Positions 1 through 9,469 are shown, numbered from the stretch's first letter. The stretch is 64,000 bases of DNA from Collinsella aerofaciens (GCA_048502435.1 DBFRXD010000050.1:667-64666); one strand, 5' to 3'. Program-made: numbers and translations. Notes: generated by a model not told the origin, from the sequence alone.

Positions 1-412
1 GCATGTACAGATAGGTAGCATACAGACCGGAGTAAATGGCCAGATTAAACTGATCCATGGTGTGATCGGCGATGGTCACGCCCGAGGCGCTGGCCTGAGC
101 ATTGTTGACGACGGCGTCGATGCGGCCAAACTCCTCAATGGCCTTGTCGATGACGTTCTGGACGACGGCTTCGTTGTCCTGACCGGCTGAAACATCGGCC
201 TGAACAGGCAGAACCTTGACACCGTGCTCGGCCTCGAGAGACTCCTTGGCGGCCTCGAGCTTAGCGACGTTGCGGCCGGTGATGACGAGGTTCGCGCCCT
301 CCTTGGCAAAAGCGATATCGATGCCGTAGCCGATGGAGCCAGCGGAACCGTCCTTAAGCGTGGCCTTGCCGCCGCCGGTGACGATCACGGTCTTACCAGT
401 GAAAAGTCCCAT
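1..412 (-). CDS. Short-chain dehydrogenase/reductase (SDR) family oxidoreductase; 5' part only, the 3' end runs off the window
   Basis: Not in the ORF track because there is no stop in the window. The reverse complement from ATG 412-410 reads MGLFTGKTVIVTGGGKATLKDGSAGSIGYGIDIAFAKEGANLVITGRNVAKLEAAKESLEAEHGVKVLPVQADV...VVNNAQ. This carries the TGxxxGxG Rossmann motif and an NNAx motif typical of classical SDRs. Confidence 0.75.
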   Translation of the reverse strand, partial: MGLFTGKTVIVTGGGKATLKDGSAGSIGYGIDIAFAKEGANLVITGRNVAKLEAAKESLEAEHGVKVLPVQADVSAGQDNEAVVQNVIDKAIEEFGRIDAVVNNAQASASGVTIADHTMDQFNLAIYSGLYATYLYM

Positions 413-700
413 ACAAAGTCCTTTCAAATCGCGACGGGCCCACCCGCCGACTGCGCGCATCCAACTTCACGCGCCAAAAGCTGAAATGCAACTTTAGCGG
501 GTTCAAGTGAAAAATAAAGACCGCAGCAGGCGAACGGCACAACGTCATTCGGCGAAGGGAATGTCAAGCACGAACTGGATAAAGAGGCCGAATTTTTGTC
601 AGCCAAACGAGCCATCGAACACGTTTTGAAACTTTGCTGCGGCGCGCGGGATGTCGGCGCGAGACTTTATCATAGGGTGACAAACAACGATGAGGAGCAC

Positions 701-2470
701 ATGCCTATGACAGACGAGCTGGACCCCCAGACTCAACAGCATATTGATGATCCCGCAGACGTCACCGCAGATACTGACGCTGTGACCTGCGATGGTACCG
801 ACGTCGACGGCCGCATCTTGGACGAAAGCGCTGCGGCGGAAACCCCCGAAACAGAAAACGCCGATGAGCAAAACGACGATGCGCCCGCTCAGGACGACGC
901 CCCTGTACAGGACGACGCCCCGCAAGCAGCGGGCCCCATCGAGGTGTCTTCGGAAGAAGAGCTCGATGCCGTCATGGACTCCATGATGGATGCTGTCAAA
1001 GCGATGAAAGACGCCGTCGCCGATGCCGATATTGATGCCGAGGAAGAGGAGGCCGCCGAGGCGGCCTCGACCTTTGTGCCCGGCGAGACTCCGGTTGCCG
1101 ACCAGGGCAGCACCATGCCCTCGTTTCTGCAGCTCGAGCACCCCACGATTGGCGCCGATGCGGTCGATCCGCACGCAGCAGGCTTTTCTGTGGTCGAGGG
1201 CGGTACCGGCAATATCGCCGTGCCGCAAACTGCCGATGCGGACGCTGCCGACACCACTCGCCCGACCGCCCCGCACTCCCCCGCCGCGAGCCGCGATCTG
1301 GGGACCGCTGTCTCGAACACTGCGAACGCCGTGGGCACCTTTATCGCCCAGGGCGCCTCGGCCATGCGTGAGATGAATGCCGCGAAAAAGGCACTTGCCG
1401 ATGCCCGCACCCACCTGGCCGAACTTGAGCAGCGCATTGCCAATCAGGCCGAGGAACTCGAGACGCGCCAGGATATCGCAGGCCGCTACGAGCAGATCGT
1501 CGCCGACCAGCGTCAGGCGATCGCCACAGCGCAAAAGACCGCTGCGGCAGCCGAGATTGACCGTGATGCCCACGGCGCCAAAGCGACAGAGCTCAATGGT
1601 CAGCTCGAACAAATGAAGACAGAGGATGACGCGACTGAGCTCCGCCTGAAGGCCGCGCTCGACGCCGTGGAGGCCCGCGAGGCGAGCTCTCGCGAGACCG
1701 GCAACCGCCTCGTTCGACGCCTTGAGGATTCCAAGCGCATCCGCGACAAGGTGAAGGCCGAGCGAGACGCCGGCATTGCGGCCGCACAACAAACCGTCGA
1801 CGCCACGCGCGCCCAGCTCGAGACGCTGCGTCATGAGTATGCCGAGCTGCAACGCAATCCCTCGGCAAATCCCGCCAACTATACGGTGCGCACCAGCGAG
1901 CTCTCGATGCAGATCTCCGACACGGCGGATGCCCTGCGTAAAGCCGAAGAAGATGTCCCGCGCATCACCGCCGACCTTGAGCACTCGCTTGCCGCAGCCG
2001 AGCAGGCCGTCGAGCAGGCACAAGCCCCCATCAACGACGCCAAGCGAGCCCATCAGACCGTGACGGCAGAGGCCGATGCCGCGCGCGACGAGCTGCAGAC
2101 CGCAAAAACCGCCGCCGCGACGCGCCAGCGCGAACTGCGCGAGAAGATCGCCGCCGAGGACAAGGCACGCCGCGACCAAGAGCAGAGCATAGCCAACGCC
2201 CAAGCAGATGCCGCGCATGCGCAGTCGATTATCGAACAGGCGACCGAGGTGCACGACCACCCAGAGATCACTGAGTCGCTTGCAGGATCCTTGGCCCGAG
2301 ACAAAGCCGAACACGCCGAGACCGAGCGAGAAGTCGCCCAGCTCGAGGCCACCGAGGACGCGGTGCGCGAGCGTACCCGCGACTCACGCATCAAATTCAC
2401 CGGCGCCATCGTCTGCATCGTCGCCGCAATCCTGGTGATCATCCTGATCTGGTTGTTCGCAAGTAAGTAA
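701..2470 (+). CDS. Hypothetical acidic, Ala/Glu/Gln-rich coiled-coil-like protein with a single C-terminal transmembrane anchor
   Basis: ORF 596..2470 (+). ATG at 701 (or 707) follows GAGGAG at 692-697. It has an Asp/Glu/Pro-rich N-terminus, a long A/E/Q/R-rich heptad-like middle and a hydrophobic tail FTGAIVCIVAAILVIILIWLFASK. The opposite-strand 571-aa ORF is Arg/Gly-rich and judged a high-GC artefact. No family recognised. Confidence 0.6.
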   Translation: MPMTDELDPQTQQHIDDPADVTADTDAVTCDGTDVDGRILDESAAAETPETENADEQNDDAPAQDDAPVQDDAPQAAGPIEVSSEEELDAVMDSMMDAVKAMKDAVADADIDAEEEEAAEAASTFVPGETPVADQGSTMPSFLQLEHPTIGADAVDPHAAGFSVVEGGTGNIAVPQTADADAADTTRPTAPHSPAASRDLGTAVSNTANAVGTFIAQGASAMREMNAAKKALADARTHLAELEQRIANQAEELETRQDIAGRYEQIVADQRQAIATAQKTAAAAEIDRDAHGAKATELNGQLEQMKTEDDATELRLKAALDAVEAREASSRETGNRLVRRLEDSKRIRDKVKAERDAGIAAAQQTVDATRAQLETLRHEYAELQRNPSANPANYTVRTSELSMQISDTADALRKAEEDVPRITADLEHSLAAAEQAVEQAQAPINDAKRAHQTVTAEADAARDELQTAKTAAATRQRELREKIAAEDKARRDQEQSIANAQADAAHAQSIIEQATEVHDHPEITESLAGSLARDKAEHAETEREVAQLEATEDAVRERTRDSRIKFTGAIVCIVAAILVIILIWLFASK

Positions 2471-2497
2471 ACCAGCCGCCAAAAAGCGCTCAACGCA

Positions 2498-2561
2498 GTT
2501 GCGGTGAGATAGTTCCTGTTTAGCCCCAAAAAGGCCAATTCAAGAACTATCTCACCGCAAC
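2498..2561. repeat. Palindromic intergenic repeat, copy 1; plausible bidirectional terminator between convergent genes
   Basis: GTTGCGGTGAGATAGTTC (2498-2515) is the perfect reverse complement of GAACTATCTCACCGCAAC (2544-2561), with a 28-nt loop. A related copy lies at 56324-56386. Confidence 0.8.
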
Positions 2562-2755
2562 TTATTTAGATCGACGCAAGGCAATCTATCCCTCTTGCAC
2601 CAATCTCTTGACATAAGGAGTGTCCCCAGGTGCCGGCACAAAAGGAACGTCCCCAAGTGCCAAGTGCCCAATGACTACTCAACAACCACGGCAACACCGA
2701 TGTAATGGCAGAGTCAGCGAGCGGGTCGCATTTGTGACAAGGTGACGTGAAACGA

Positions 2756-2784
2756 AAGGGCGCTGACCTTTTGGTCGCGCCCTT
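2756..2784 (-). terminator. Intrinsic terminator candidate downstream of queA
   Basis: AAGGGCGC(T)GACC-TTTT-GGTCGCGCCCTT hairpin. On the minus strand it is followed by TTCGTTTC. Confidence 0.55.
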
Positions 2785-2859
2785 GAAGTTGAACGTCAGA
2801 TTGTCCAAATGCGGCCCGCGCAGCGTCGACTGGTTACGGCGTTTGTAAAACGCCGTAAC

Positions 2860-4071
2860 CTACTGAATGAGCATGGCGTCGCCAAAGCTGAAGAAGCGGT
2901 AGCGCTCCTCGATGGCGGCGGCGTAGGCATCCATGATCTGGTCGCGGGTGGCAAGCGCGCTTACGAGCATCATGAGCGTGGAGCGAGGCACATGGAAGTT
3001 CGTGATCAGCGCGTCGACCACATGATAGGTCGAGCCGGGCATGAGGTAGAGCTGCGTTGTCGCGTTCTCGCGCACCACGATGTCACCGCGGCCAAGTGTA
3101 TCGGCCCCGTCCTCGCGGCCCTCAAAATAGCGCGCCGTCACGGCCGGATCGGACACCGGCGCGTCCGCGTCAAAGGCGCTCTCGAGCGAGCGCACTGCGG
3201 TGGTACCGACAGCAATCACGCGATGCCCCTCGGCCTTAGCCTTATGCACGGCGTCGACAACCTCCTGCGACACGTGGTAGCGCTCGGTGTGCATCACGTG
3301 CTGCGTGGGGTCGTCCTCCTCCACCAGACGGAAGGTATCGATACCCACCTCGAGCTCGACGGCGGCAAACTTGGCACCCTTGGCCTCGATGGCAGCCATG
3401 AGCTCGGGAGTAAAATGCAGACCCGCCGTGGGAGCAGCGGCCGAATGCTCCTCCTTCATGGCGTAGACGGTCTGGTACTTCTCGGGATCGCCCTCGTAAT
3501 CGGTAATGTAGGGCGGCAGCGGCACGTGGCCGGCAGCATGGATGGCCTCGTCGAGCGTGCGCGGCTCGCCGGCGGCATTGCAACCGGCCGGCTCAAAGCG
3601 TACCAGGCGGCCGCCGCGGCTATCGGTGACAAAGTCGACAACCTCGGCCGTCAGCACCATGGGAGCCCCCTCGGGCGCATGGGCGCCACCGGCGCGATAC
3701 TCAATATGAGCACCGGGCTTCAGGCGCTTGCCCGGCTTGACCAAGCACTCCCAAACATGGCCCAGCGGATCCACGTCCTCGCGGCGCTTGAGCAGCAGAG
3801 TCTCGACCACGCCGCCCGAGCCGGCTTTGCGACCGATCAGGCGAGCCGGCATCACGCGCGTCTGATTGATGACGAGCACGTCGCCCGGCTCGATATAGTC
3901 GATGATGTCGCGGAAGATGCGGTGCTCAACGGTACCGCCGTGCTCCAGCGGCGTTCCCGCCTGGGAGCCCTTGCGATCCACCACCAGCAGGCGGCAGGAG
4001 TCGCGCGGCTCGGCAGGAGCCTGGGCAATGAGCTCTTCGGGCAGGTTATAGTCAAAATCATCGGTACGCAT
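2860..4071 (-). CDS. queA: S-adenosylmethionine:tRNA ribosyltransferase-isomerase
   Basis: ORF 2860..4122 (-). The internal ATG at 4071 is preceded by AAGAGG and gives MRTDDFDYNLPEELIAQAPAEPRDSCRLLVVDR..., the typical QueA N-terminus. Full length is about 403 aa. Confidence 0.9.
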   Translation of the reverse strand: MRTDDFDYNLPEELIAQAPAEPRDSCRLLVVDRKGSQAGTPLEHGGTVEHRIFRDIIDYIEPGDVLVINQTRVMPARLIGRKAGSGGVVETLLLKRREDVDPLGHVWECLVKPGKRLKPGAHIEYRAGGAHAPEGAPMVLTAEVVDFVTDSRGGRLVRFEPAGCNAAGEPRTLDEAIHAAGHVPLPPYITDYEGDPEKYQTVYAMKEEHSAAAPTAGLHFTPELMAAIEAKGAKFAAVELEVGIDTFRLVEEDDPTQHVMHTERYHVSQEVVDAVHKAKAEGHRVIAVGTTAVRSLESAFDADAPVSDPAVTARYFEGREDGADTLGRGDIVVRENATTQLYLMPGSTYHVVDALITNFHVPRSTLMMLVSALATRDQIMDAYAAAIEERYRFFSFGDAMLIQ

Positions 4072-4204
4072 CTTTGCCTCTTTCACAAAGCGCGTCAGTC
4101 GAAAAAATCGACTGACGCGCACATCATTCTCCCCTGTATCCTATCAGCTTGTTGAGAGAAATATAGTATGGAAACAGATTTGCGACTGTTTTCTCAACGC
4201 CCTG

Positions 4205-5215
4205 CTACTTAAGCGTTGCGTACATCACCGCCTTAATCGTATGCATGCGATTCTCCGCTTCTTGGAAAACACGAGACTTATCGGACTCAAAAACCTCGTC
4301 CGTGACTTCCATTTCGGTAACTCCAAACTTCTCAGCAATTTCGGCACCAACAGTAGTATTAGTATCGTGGAAGCTCGGAAGGCAGTGGAGGAAAATCGCC
4401 TCGGGCTTTGCCATAGACATCACCTCAGCGGTCACACGATACGGCGACATGAGCTTAATGCGGCTTTCCCACAGCTCTGCGGGCTGACCCATGCCAACCC
4501 AAACATCCGTGTAAATTACATCGGCATCACGAGCGCCTTCCTCAATATCCTCTGTAATGGTAATCGTCGATCCATGCTCGGCCGCAATACGACTACATTC
4601 TGCAAGGAGTTCAGGATCATAGGATGTAGCCCCCTCCGAATTTCCCCCGATTGGGCCGCAAGAACAGTAGTTAATGCCGAGCTTAGCGCAAATGACCATG
4701 AGCGAATCAGCGACGTTTCCGGCCGCCTTACCAAAAAATGTAAGTTTCCTGCCCTTAATCTCTCCAAACTCTTCACGCATGGTCAGAATATCGGCAAGCA
4801 CCTGAGTCGGGTGAAATTCAGTAGTCAGCCCATTCCAAACGGGAACCCCAGCTTTTGCAGCAAGCTCCTCAACCTTCGCCTGTTCAAAGCCGCGGTATTC
4901 AATTCCGTCATACATGCGGCCAAGGACGCGAGCCGTGTCCTCAATCGACTCCTTTTTACCCATCTGAGACGAGCCCGGATCCAAATAAGTTACACCCATG
5001 CCAAGGTCAAGTGCACCAACTTCGAAGGCGCAGCGAGTACGCGTGGAAGTCTTCTCAAATAGCAAAACAATATTCTTGCCTTCAAGGTATTTATGCGGAA
5101 CACCGGCACGCTTCATGCTTTTGAAGTTAGCAGAAAGCTCAAGCAGATACTCAATCTCTTCCGTCGTGTAATCAAGCAGCTTCAGAAAACTGCGCCCAGC
5201 GATATTAACACCCAT
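4205..5215 (-). CDS. arcB: Ornithine carbamoyltransferase, catabolic by context
   Basis: ORF 4205..5224 (-). It contains the STRTR carbamoyl-phosphate motif ([13 protein letters not shown]) and HCLP ([10 protein letters not shown]). The ATG at 5224 abuts GGGAG with no spacer, so the ATG at 5215 ([17 protein letters not shown]) is preferred. It lies directly downstream of arcA. Confidence 0.9.
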   Translation of the reverse strand: MGVNIAGRSFLKLLDYTTEEIEYLLELSANFKSMKRAGVPHKYLEGKNIVLLFEKTSTRTRCAFEVGALDLGMGVTYLDPGSSQMGKKESIEDTARVLGRMYDGIEYRGFEQAKVEELAAKAGVPVWNGLTTEFHPTQVLADILTMREEFGEIKGRKLTFFGKAAGNVADSLMVICAKLGINYCSCGPIGGNSEGATSYDPELLAECSRIAAEHGSTITITEDIEEGARDADVIYTDVWVGMGQPAELWESRIKLMSPYRVTAEVMSMAKPEAIFLHCLPSFHDTNTTVGAEIAEKFGVTEMEVTDEVFESDKSRVFQEAENRMHTIKAVMYATLK

Positions 5216-5247
5216 ATTCGCCATCTCCCATCACAGTGGATTTGCAA

Positions 5248-6492
5248 CTAAATATCTTCGCGCCAGAAGGGCATGCTCATGCAGCGCGGGCCACCACGAC
5301 CGCGGGACAGTTCCTCGGAGGGAACGACCAAAAGTTCCAAACCGTTCTTGTAGAGCTCATCATTTGTGACAACATTGCGCTCGTAAACACAGACTTTACC
5401 AGGAGCAACGGCAAGAGTGTTCGACCCGTCGTTCCACTGCTCGCGAGATGCCTCAACCATATCGCCGGCACCGCACTCAATAAGCTGCACCTTCTCCACG
5501 CCAGTAGCCATTTCAAGAATATGTTCAAGCGTGTCATCAATCTCTTGAACAGCGACCATTCCCTCAGAGTCACCACGAGTCAGACGATAAACACGAAGGG
5601 TCTCAAAAATACCGGGATAAACTGTGAACTTATCGAAATCCACCATGGTGCAAACGGTGTCAAGATGCATGTAAGCATAGCCGTTGGGGATTTTAATAGC
5701 GTAAACGGTATCGATCTCAGAATTCCCAGATCCCCAGAACAAATTCTTTGCAAGCTCCTCAATCGCAGCCGCCTCAGTTCGCTGGCTAATTCCAATAGCC
5801 AAGGTATGAGCGTTAATGTTAAGCACATCACCGCCCTCGATATGCCAGGGATTCTTATGGTCGTACCAAATCGGAGTCCCTGCATAATCGGGATGGTATT
5901 TGAAAATCGCTTCGTAGAAGGGCACTTCACGATCTCGCTGTTTCCAATACATATGGTGAAGCAGAACGCCTTTGCCCACGGAAGCAAGAGGATCGCGAGA
6001 GAAATATGAACTCGGAAGAGGCTTCAACACCAAATCATCGGGCTTCGCATCCTCATTATCCATCATACTAAGCGTAGTCGAAACGCGAGGCAGCTCAAGG
6101 TCACGATAACGATACCCCCCCATAGCCTCAAGTACAAACTGATACGAATCTGAAATAGCGTCGAGCTTTTCACGAACAGCCTGCTCAAGCATAGGATTGA
6201 CAATCCCGCTCTCAGCCATAAATGTATCGGTAAACTCAGCGCGAGCCGAGGGGCATGCATCCAGCGCTTCAGCAACGAGTTTCTCCATATAGAGAACCTC
6301 AACACCTTCGCTCCTCAGAAGATCCGCAAAGGCATCATGCTCCTTTTGAGCCACATCAAGATAGAAACAGTCGTGAATCCAGACATCCTCGAACTCTTCC
6401 GCCTTTACGTTCACAAGGTCACGACCGGGGCGGTGAAGCACAACTTTCTTGAGCTTACCAATCTCGCTGTGTACATTCAGTCCTTTAGACAT
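5248..6492 (-). CDS. arcA: Arginine deiminase
   Basis: 414-aa ORF starting MSKGLNVHSEIGKLKKVVLHRPG. It has the FSRD, HIEGGD and MHLDT motifs and the C-terminal GGPRCMSMPFWRED with the catalytic Cys. Confidence 0.92.
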   Translation of the reverse strand: MSKGLNVHSEIGKLKKVVLHRPGRDLVNVKAEEFEDVWIHDCFYLDVAQKEHDAFADLLRSEGVEVLYMEKLVAEALDACPSARAEFTDTFMAESGIVNPMLEQAVREKLDAISDSYQFVLEAMGGYRYRDLELPRVSTTLSMMDNEDAKPDDLVLKPLPSSYFSRDPLASVGKGVLLHHMYWKQRDREVPFYEAIFKYHPDYAGTPIWYDHKNPWHIEGGDVLNINAHTLAIGISQRTEAAAIEELAKNLFWGSGNSEIDTVYAIKIPNGYAYMHLDTVCTMVDFDKFTVYPGIFETLRVYRLTRGDSEGMVAVQEIDDTLEHILEMATGVEKVQLIECGAGDMVEASREQWNDGSNTLAVAPGKVCVYERNVVTNDELYKNGLELLVVPSEELSRGRGGPRCMSMPFWREDI

Positions 6493-6520
6493 TCCTGTTA
6501 CTCCATTTCAGCCATGAAAC

Positions 6521-7963
6521 CTACAGGGCAATAAGTCCCGAGATTGCTACGAATACGATATTGATGAGCGACACGACCAAGAAGAATTTCCAAACGGTCT
6601 TCCACCACTGGCCAAGCTTGATCTTGCACACGCCCAAACCCGCTACAAGAATGGCGCTAGTAGGACAGATCAAAGACATCGTCGCGCTACCCATGGAGAG
6701 AGCCCACACGGCGGCCTCGGGATTTAGGCCCATGAGTTCGGTCAAAGGTCCAAAAATGGGAGCGGTCAGTGCTGCAAGGCCAGATGAGCTGGGAACCAGA
6801 ATCGCCAGGAGGTTCTCAACCGCATAAAGAAGCGTAGTAAAGAGAACCGCCGGGATGCCGCCCAGACCAGTGGCGAGCGCATTGAGGATGGTATCGATGA
6901 TCATGCCGTCAGAGGCAATGACAAGGATGCCACGCGCAAGTCCAACGACAATTGCCGAGAAAGCAAAGTCAGCGATACCCGCAACAAATTCCTGAGCGAT
7001 GACGTCCTGACTAAAGCCCGCAATAACACCAGCCAACAGGCCCATGGCCAAAAAGACCGCAGAAATCTCGTTCATATACCAGCCCTGGGTCACAAGTCCC
7101 CAGATGATAAGGCACATTCCAGCGATAAATACCGCAAGCACGCCTTTTTGACGACCCGTAAATTCCGCGTCAAGGGCAGATTCATCGGCAGCGAACTCGA
7201 CTTTCTTGGCGATATCATCCTCAAATGTGATCGATGACTCAGGGTTCTTCTTTACCCTTCGTGCATAGAGGACAACCCAAGTAATTGCAACGGCGGTCAA
7301 AACAACCCAGGCAATCATACGCAGCCACAGCTGGGGGCTGTCCTGAATACCAAGAATACCCTGCGCAATGAGAACATTAAACGGATTAATCGTTGAGGCG
7401 ATGTAACCCGTGCGCGCTCCAACGAACACGACCATGAACGCCGTCATCGAGTCGAAGCCCATAGCCATCATAATTGGCATGAAGATCGCAAAGAACGGGA
7501 GAGTTTCTTCCGCCATGCCAAAGCTCGTTCCGCCCAATGCAAAGAGAACCATCGCAATAGGAATAATTAGAATGTCTTTGTTCTTAAAGCGGCGAACGAC
7601 ACGACCCATTCCGCTCGTGATAGCGCCCGTTTTAGTAATAACCTGAAACGAACCACCCACAATCAAGATGAATGCAACGACCTCAATTGCCTCTTGTATA
7701 CCGCGCGTTGGAGCCTGAAGAACATCGAAGACGCCTTGTCTGAGATCTACTTCATCCCCGGTTTCCTCGTCAATATATGTCTTTTCACTCTGCTCATACG
7801 TACCTGCGACAGTGACTTCACGACCGTTCACCTCCTGACGCTGATAGGACCCAGAGGGAACAATCCACGTGAGAACAGCGAAGATGACCATAAGTGCAAA
7901 GATGATCGCATATACGTGCGGGACCTTGAACTGCTTGATGCCTTTCGAACTTTCCGCTGCCAT
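6521..7963 (-). CDS. YfcC/DcuC-family membrane carrier; likely the arginine/ornithine antiporter of the ADI cluster
   Basis: 480-aa polytopic membrane ORF with AAGGAGGAG as RBS. The N-terminus (KVPHVYAIIFALMVIFAVLTWIVPSG) and overall pattern resemble YfcC-type carriers found in ADI operons. Substrate is inferred from context only. Confidence 0.75.
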   Translation of the reverse strand: MAAESSKGIKQFKVPHVYAIIFALMVIFAVLTWIVPSGSYQRQEVNGREVTVAGTYEQSEKTYIDEETGDEVDLRQGVFDVLQAPTRGIQEAIEVVAFILIVGGSFQVITKTGAITSGMGRVVRRFKNKDILIIPIAMVLFALGGTSFGMAEETLPFFAIFMPIMMAMGFDSMTAFMVVFVGARTGYIASTINPFNVLIAQGILGIQDSPQLWLRMIAWVVLTAVAITWVVLYARRVKKNPESSITFEDDIAKKVEFAADESALDAEFTGRQKGVLAVFIAGMCLIIWGLVTQGWYMNEISAVFLAMGLLAGVIAGFSQDVIAQEFVAGIADFAFSAIVVGLARGILVIASDGMIIDTILNALATGLGGIPAVLFTTLLYAVENLLAILVPSSSGLAALTAPIFGPLTELMGLNPEAAVWALSMGSATMSLICPTSAILVAGLGVCKIKLGQWWKTVWKFFLVVSLINIVFVAISGLIAL

Positions 7964-8089
7964 ATCTCCTCCTTCATTCCTTTTCCCATCTATCCAGCTG
8001 GCACCATAAATGTATGAGGTTGCTCAGCGGTGGTCGGCCAACCATCGCCATCGTGTCGCTTTTCACCTATGAACGGCAGCTAAAGTGAC

Positions 8090-8133
8090 GTTATTAATCA
8101 ATCTGATATTTAAAATTGATGTTATTTATCAAT
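8090..8133. promoter_or_regulatory. Candidate operator in the divergent arcD-like / arcA2 promoter region
   Basis: The 13-mers GTTATTAATCAAT (8090-8102) and GTTATTTATCAAT (8121-8133) differ at one position and lie 31 bp apart. They flank the inverted pair ATCAAT (8097-8102) / ATTGAT (8115-8120). This is the most AT-rich line in the window (14 G+C in 8101-8160 by my count). Confidence 0.35.
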
Positions 8134-8216
8134 TACATACGTCTTTTAACTTTTCCGCAACACAACAAGGAACCTGCTTTAGCCTTATATAAAAACCAGC
8201 AGGACAGGAGACAGAC

Positions 8217-9467
8217 ATGCAAGGCGTACACATAACAAATGAAATCGGTCATTTAAAAGCCGTACTTGTCCATCGACCAGGAGCTGAAACACAAAACTAC
8301 CCTGATGCCGACTTCAGCCAAGTTTTCTCCCTGCGAAAATGGAGCGGTCGTTTTGACCTCGACAAAGCAATATATGAGCACGATTCCATGGTTCAATTGC
8401 TTGAGAAACATGGCGTAGAAACCATTGAAATTAGGGACCTTCTCGAAGACTCACTTGAAACTGAGCCCCAGTCACTTAAATATTTTATTGATGACTACCT
8501 CCGTTGCAGTGGGGCAACAGGCAGAGAGTTCCTCGAGACAATAACCCAGCTGTTTGAGAACGCTAAGAACACCCAGGAATTGGTGAATATAGTACTTAAC
8601 GGCATTCGCTTTGGAGACACTGAGCTATGTTCAAACCAGTCGGAAACACTACGGGCGCTCGTGCACGAGCAATTTGACCCCGCCTCGCTCTTGGTCAATC
8701 CCCTCAGCACGCTTTTTTTCACTCGTGATCCTGCTGTGGTAGTCGGAGACGGCATCATCCTAAATCATATGTATTGGCCTGAGCGTGATCGTGAGGTCGC
8801 CTTATACCGGCAGATATTCACCCACCACAAGATCATGGGAGAAACCCCAGTATGTGATTTGAACAGGAGTAGTTACCATATCGAAGGCGGAGACATTCTT
8901 GTTATCAGTGCTAAGACAATATTAGTTGGAATCTCTGACCGAACTGAACCCGCCGCCGTCGAGTCACTTGCCAAAGAGCTCCTGACCTCAAATAAATTCC
9001 AGACCACCGAGCTAATTGCGATTCGAGTCCCCTCTGACGGGCTGCGTATCCACCTCGATACGTTCATAAGTAGAATTGATCACGACGCGTTCCTCATCGA
9101 TCGTGAGATATGCAATGCCGTTGATGCATACAGCATTCAACTAAAACGATCCGGAAAGGGCCTTACGTTCACTCCTATCGATCGCACGATTCCGGAAATA
9201 CTCTCTGCAGCCTGTTGCGAACCAATAAAAGTCATTGACTGCGGAGGCGGGAATCAAACCGCCTACGAAAGAGAGCGCCGGAACAACGCAACGTCTATCC
9301 TTGCGCTCTCGCCAGGAAAACTATGCGTATATGAAGAAAACGTTTGGACCAACGAAGCGCTTGAGAAAGCAGGAATGGAATTATTCCCGTTATCCATTGA
9401 CGAGCTCACCAAAGGCTATGGTGGCACAAACTGTCTATGCCTCCCTCTGTGGCGAGAGGATCTATAG
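8217..9467 (+). CDS. Arginine deiminase-family paralogue (divergent second copy)
   Basis: 416-aa ORF with RBS AGGAGA, starting MQGVHITNEIGHLKAVLVHRPG. It retains FFTRDP, HIEGGD and IHLDT and the C-terminal GGTNCLCLPLWREDL (Cys retained). It is clearly diverged from the arcA at 5248..6492. Confidence 0.85.
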   Translation: MQGVHITNEIGHLKAVLVHRPGAETQNYPDADFSQVFSLRKWSGRFDLDKAIYEHDSMVQLLEKHGVETIEIRDLLEDSLETEPQSLKYFIDDYLRCSGATGREFLETITQLFENAKNTQELVNIVLNGIRFGDTELCSNQSETLRALVHEQFDPASLLVNPLSTLFFTRDPAVVVGDGIILNHMYWPERDREVALYRQIFTHHKIMGETPVCDLNRSSYHIEGGDILVISAKTILVGISDRTEPAAVESLAKELLTSNKFQTTELIAIRVPSDGLRIHLDTFISRIDHDAFLIDREICNAVDAYSIQLKRSGKGLTFTPIDRTIPEILSAACCEPIKVIDCGGGNQTAYERERRNNATSILALSPGKLCVYEENVWTNEALEKAGMELFPLSIDELTKGYGGTNCLCLPLWREDL

Positions 9468-9469
9468 CC

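Noticed and set aside
2498-2561. Whether the GTTGCGGTG…ATAGTTCC repeats are CRISPR repeats.
   Set aside because: Only two copies were seen, 54 kb apart. Each is an inverted pair around a short loop rather than direct repeats with spacers, and there are no cas genes in the window.
2622-2668. The direct repeat GTCCCCAGGTGCC (2622-2634) / GTCCCCAAGTGCC (2649-2661), followed by another AAGTGCC, in the gap between the coiled-coil gene and queA. The 80-aa ORF 2566..2808 overlaps it.
   Set aside because: It is too short, only two to three copies are present, and there is no associated promoter or RBS logic I could defend. The overlapping ORF has an implausible Cys/Trp/Ser-rich composition. Noted only as an unexplained motif.
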